A stretch of 63,984 nucleotides of DNA, the filler included, from Olpidium bornovanus S191 (taxonomy: Eukaryota > Fungi > Olpidiomycota): assembly GCA_017911155.1 (NCBI GenBank). It is 29 parts of 29 records of this genome, joined end to end, with 100 filler letters (N's around TTAATTAATTAA, not from the genome) between each part and the next. Parts side by side here need not be neighbours in the genome. Positions count along the whole stretch, not along the records: positions 60,641 to 62,847 come from JAEFCI010004986.1; positions 62,948 to 63,984 come from JAEFCI010004244.1; 27 more parts are not named here. One strand, 5' to 3'. Numbering within the stretch: the first letter of the stretch is position 1; each line of letters opens with the position of its first letter. This document shows, piece by piece, positions 60,541-63,984 of the stretch. The notes below the pieces were generated by a model. That model did no database searches and was not told where the DNA came from. It saw nothing but the letters and a program-made list of their open reading frames with translations. A program made the position numbers and the translations under genes.

Positions 60541-61293
60541 NNNNNNNNNNNNNNNNNNNNNNNNNNNNNNNNNNNNNNNNNNNNTTAATTAATTAANNNN
60601 NNNNNNNNNNNNNNNNNNNNNNNNNNNNNNNNNNNNNNNNACATGATTGTTGCCCGATCTGATCTGCAAGTGAAGAACATTTCGCAATGCGGTTGGCCGG
60701 CGTGATTCAAATTCGTGCAATGCAAGCAGCACACCTAGCGCCTCCAGAACATTGACCAAGACCACGTCGGTCAACGGATTCCCGCAGCGGAAGTCTTGGC
60801 ATCATTTGCTCTTTCAGTGCTTTCTGGTGTTACTGCCACAGAGAGTAGAGGCCAGACAAAATGTCTTGAATTCACCGGAGGTGCACAGTTCGTCCTGCAA
60901 AGCCAACATCGGTGCTTGCAGTGGAGTGGCCGTTGTCGTTGCTGGCAGCGCACCCGTCGACGATGGCAGGCTCATTGCGGAATCCTCCTCCGGACCTTCG
61001 AGATAAACACGGGCCGGAACTGGGTGTTTTGTTTAATGCTCTAAGAGCAGCGGCAAGAGGGCGGGTTGGCGGGAAGAGCGTGCTACACGCTGAGCTGGGG
61101 ACCCGCCGGCGCGCCTGCAGAAAGAACCACGTGACTGCAGCGGAACTCCCGCTGTCCGCTTCCAAATTCCGCACGCGCGGAAGTCGCCGGGCGGGAGAAA
61201 CAGGGCGGAGGCCCTTCCCCTTCCGTACGCCGCGCCCCGGTTCCTACGCCTCTTTCCCGGCGCGCCGCGGCGTGGCGCGCGCGCCGGCAACCC

Positions 61294-62847
61294 ATGTTCG
61301 CCTTCGCCGATTCCAACTTCATAGTGCTCGACGTGGGCTCGCATACCACGAAGGCTGTGCGGGGACTCGTGGACCTCGTCTCGCAGGAGCCCCTGCTGGT
61401 GGGCGGGAGAGCGCCTGACCCCTCCTTGTCTCCCCGCGCGCCCCCGTTTCGACTGACCGACAATTGTCGTCTCCGGACCTCTTTGCAAAAGGTGTACTCC
61501 GCCGAGGTCGCCGTTAAGGAGAGTCAGGAGCCCACGCAGGCGCAGCAGCAACAAGCACCGTGGTCGTCTTCGCCGTCGGCGGCCCCGGCGGAAAATGGGC
61601 TCAACGGCTTGTCACCAGCGCTCGGTTCGGCAGGGGCGCCGGCAGGAGACGCGCAGTGCTCTGTGGCCGCCGCTTTTCAGCCGGCAGAATGCGAAGCAGA
61701 AGAAAAGGTTATCGCTGCCACAGACGTCAATTGCGGTGTGCCACAACTTGCTGACCAGCGGCGCACGCCGACGAACCTGCGATCTCCGAACCAGCCGGAG
61801 TCGAAATGGTCCCGGTTTGTCTGCGGGAATGACGCGCTGGCGCTTGCAACAGCGGCGAGGAACGTGCCAAGCGCAGTGGGCGAAAGGGAGGAAGTTCAAG
61901 ACGGTGCGGACCGGAATTTTACAATTAGAAACCCTATATCCCGCGGGGACGTCGTCGACTGGGAAGCTCTGGAAGCCCTTTGGTATGAACGGCAAAGCAA
62001 AGCACTCGCCGGTATCATCGAACGAGCAACTTATCGCGAGCGCTAGCGTCTGCGAAACACAAACGCCACTTCCTAACGCACGCGCGCGCCATCTGTCGAA
62101 CTTACGGCCTCACCCTTCACAAGGCGGCATATAATCTTCCGCGAGCTGTCAGTGAAGAAGTCGCGCAATGAGTCGCCCGTATTGGCCACCGTCCCTGTCC
62201 GGTGGCCAAGAGAGTACTTGGAGCGCATGGCGCAAATCCTTTTCGAGGGATTGAACGTTCCGGCGATTTACATTGGAGAGCAGCCCGTCATGGCGGTCTA
62301 CGGTGTTGGAATGGCGTCCGGATTAGTTGTCGACATCGGGGCGACTACTACAGGTTAAGTGTTGACGGTTTCCATCGTCTTCTTGTTTACGACCTTTGTT
62401 GTGTGCCAGTCATTGTTTGGCCATCCTTTGAACGTGCGCGAGTCAATACTGTCACTGTTCGAATTCGGCCACTGAACAGTACGCTGATAAGACGCCTTTC
62501 TGCGTGCTGCCAGACATAACGCCTGTCATCGACGCAATTCCGCAGTACCACGCTTCGCTGACCCTGGACGTGGCCGGTGCGGTTCTGGATGAATACCTTT
62601 GCGGACAACTTGCAGCTGATCCGGAAACCGTGGCTGACCTTGGCGGTAACTCACCCACTCTGGACTTCGCACGGTTCGTGAAGGAGAGTGGCGTCTGCCA
62701 AGTGCTCCTGGGACACGACACGCAGGTACCAACTACATCACGCCAACCAAACACCTCGGTTGGCACCGCGGAGGAAGAAACGTGGGTGGGCAAGGAGGCC
62801 CGGAAAGCGGACGGTTGGGCGGGTGTCCCTGGAACTGAGACGGCGCA
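61294..62847 (+). CDS. ARP9: Nuclear actin-related protein, ARP9-like (SWI/SNF-RSC), 3'-truncated
   Basis: FIVLDVGSHTTKA; PISRGDVVDWEALEALW; KKSRNESPVLATVP..LERMAQILFEGLNVPAIYIGEQPVMAVYGVGMASGLVVDIG..DITPVID. The actin fold is secure; the ARP9 subfamily call is from remembered motifs. Confidence 0.75.
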
Positions 62848-62976
62848 NNNNNNNNNNNNNNNNNNNNNNNNNNNNNNNNNNNNNNNNNNNNTTAATTAAT
62901 TAANNNNNNNNNNNNNNNNNNNNNNNNNNNNNNNNNNNNNNNNNNNNCGCGCGGGTGTGTGGGGGGGGGGGGGGGT

Positions 62977-63009
<33 letters not shown>

Positions 63010-63129
63010 GGGGGGAGGGGGTGGTTTGTTAGAATTTTTTTTTTTTCCCCCCCCCCCCCCCCCACCCCCCCCCCCCCCCACCTCCAACCGCCTAAGCATG
63101 ATGGCGGTAGCGGACGTTGCTCAGCAAAA

Positions 63130-63559
63130 CACACACTTTAGGTACGAGTCAAGCTCCTGGGGGCCCTGGTGACGGCTGTAACAAGGCGAACGCAAAAAAA
63201 AAAAAAAAAAAAAAATAAAAAAATTAGCCCCGTTTCGCGGAACCGGTGAGTGCGGGCGGCGGCGGAGAGAGGAGGGATTCCCAATTGTCGTCACTTTCAG
63301 GTTTCGTTCGCAACACGGGCGGAGAGGTGACGGCGGGGTGGAAGGGGGGGGGGTTGGGTAAAATTTGCCCAACGTACAAGCTCGAGGTAACCTCCTCATC
63401 GTCCAGGACGACGCGGATGCGGCCGCCACCCGAGGGGATCGAATATGTGACATCGCTGAGGCCGGAGGGGGGTTCGACCGGCACCGCGCGGGCGACGCCC
63501 AGAGCGACGAGGGCGGCGGCGAAAGCCACGAGGCCGGAGCGGAGGACGCGGGACCTCAT
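63130..63559 (-). CDS. Signal-peptide-bearing protein, N-terminal exons; family uncertain
   Basis: MRSRVLRSGLVAFAAALVALGVARA|VPVEPP followed by short putative exons (DDNWESLL; RHQGPQELDSYLK). The exon structure is not resolved. Confidence 0.45.
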
Positions 63560-63984
63560 GTATCTCAAGGACCACCCCAGAGGAAAGGAGGGAGCAGGAG
63601 GGAGCCACCCTTTCCAGGGTGTGTCGGCGCTGGCGGGGCCCCCCTTTCTCCCAGCGCTCGCCCCTTCCCCCCTTCCCCCCGGCCCCTCCCCCTTTTTCTT
63701 TGTTGTGGTGACGGTGGCGACCCGCCCCCCGGGCCTTCCCCATTATCGCTGGCCGCCATCTTTTTAGCACGGGAGCGAGGCCGAGAGGACCCGGGAGAAC
63801 AGAAAGAAGGGGGTGGCGGAGGGTGCGGCTACTGGGGGGTCTTCTTCCCGTCCCTCTCTCCCTGAGTCTCCCCGAGCGCCGAGAGCGAGAGCGAGAAAGA
63901 GAGAGAGAGATGAGAAAGGGAACCGCCCCCCCCCCCCCCCCCCCCCCCCCCCCACCCCCCCCCCCCCCCCCCCCCCCCTCCCCC

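Noticed and set aside
60641-61000. Possible short spliced gene divergent from ARP9 (..DFRCGNPLTDVVLVNVLEALDQIG..)
   Set aside because: Requires ad hoc splice choices and matches no family I recognise.
2136-62903. Repeated TTAATTAATTAA motif as a biological repeat, or any cross-contig gene cluster
   Set aside because: The motif is always centred in an identical 44N+12+44N block, so it is an assembly linker, and neighbouring contigs carry unrelated gene fragments.
1450-63955. Many poly-Lys/Phe/Pro/Gly and Arg-rich ORFs in the ORF track
   Set aside because: They are translations of homopolymer tracts or antisense and alternate frames of GC-rich exons.

Overview
This window is not contiguous genome. 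It holds 29 short contigs (about 1-4.4 kb) joined by 28 identical artificial 100-nt spacers (44 N + TTAATTAATTAA + 44 N), so adjacency across spacers means nothing and no cross-contig cluster can be inferred. The DNA is GC-rich and eukaryotic, with GT-AG introns and CTAAC/CTGAC branch sites. The genes point to a flagellated (zoosporic) early-diverging fungus: the axonemal central-pair protein SPEF2 occurs with fungal-type MDM38, ERG27, ARP9, mL38/MRPL35, NCS6, VPS39, SGT2, carnitine acetyltransferase and an Msn2-like zinc-finger factor. An Olpidium- or chytrid-like source is inferred but unverified. Also present: UXT, POLD3, an ANKRD54-like protein, homeobox, bZIP and six-Myb factors, two RING-H2 E3 ligases, U2 snRNA, decayed Copia and Gypsy fragments and a FAR1/MULE-like domain. 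Most notable signals: (1) 17 of 56 contig ends are exactly CATG, and truncated genes mostly keep their 5' ends. This suggests restriction cutting in library preparation and may be an accidental footprint of ApT 6mA methylation. (2) A signal-peptide RING-H2 protein has no transmembrane helix and is a candidate secreted E3 effector. (3) A six-Myb-repeat protein has a mitochondrial-presequence-like N-terminus. (4) A bZIP lacks the invariant basic-region Asn. (5) Very long homopolymer tracts cluster at gene 5' ends and in introns. I cannot claim a demonstrated new system; these are testable leads. All protein identities come from remembered family motifs, not database searches.
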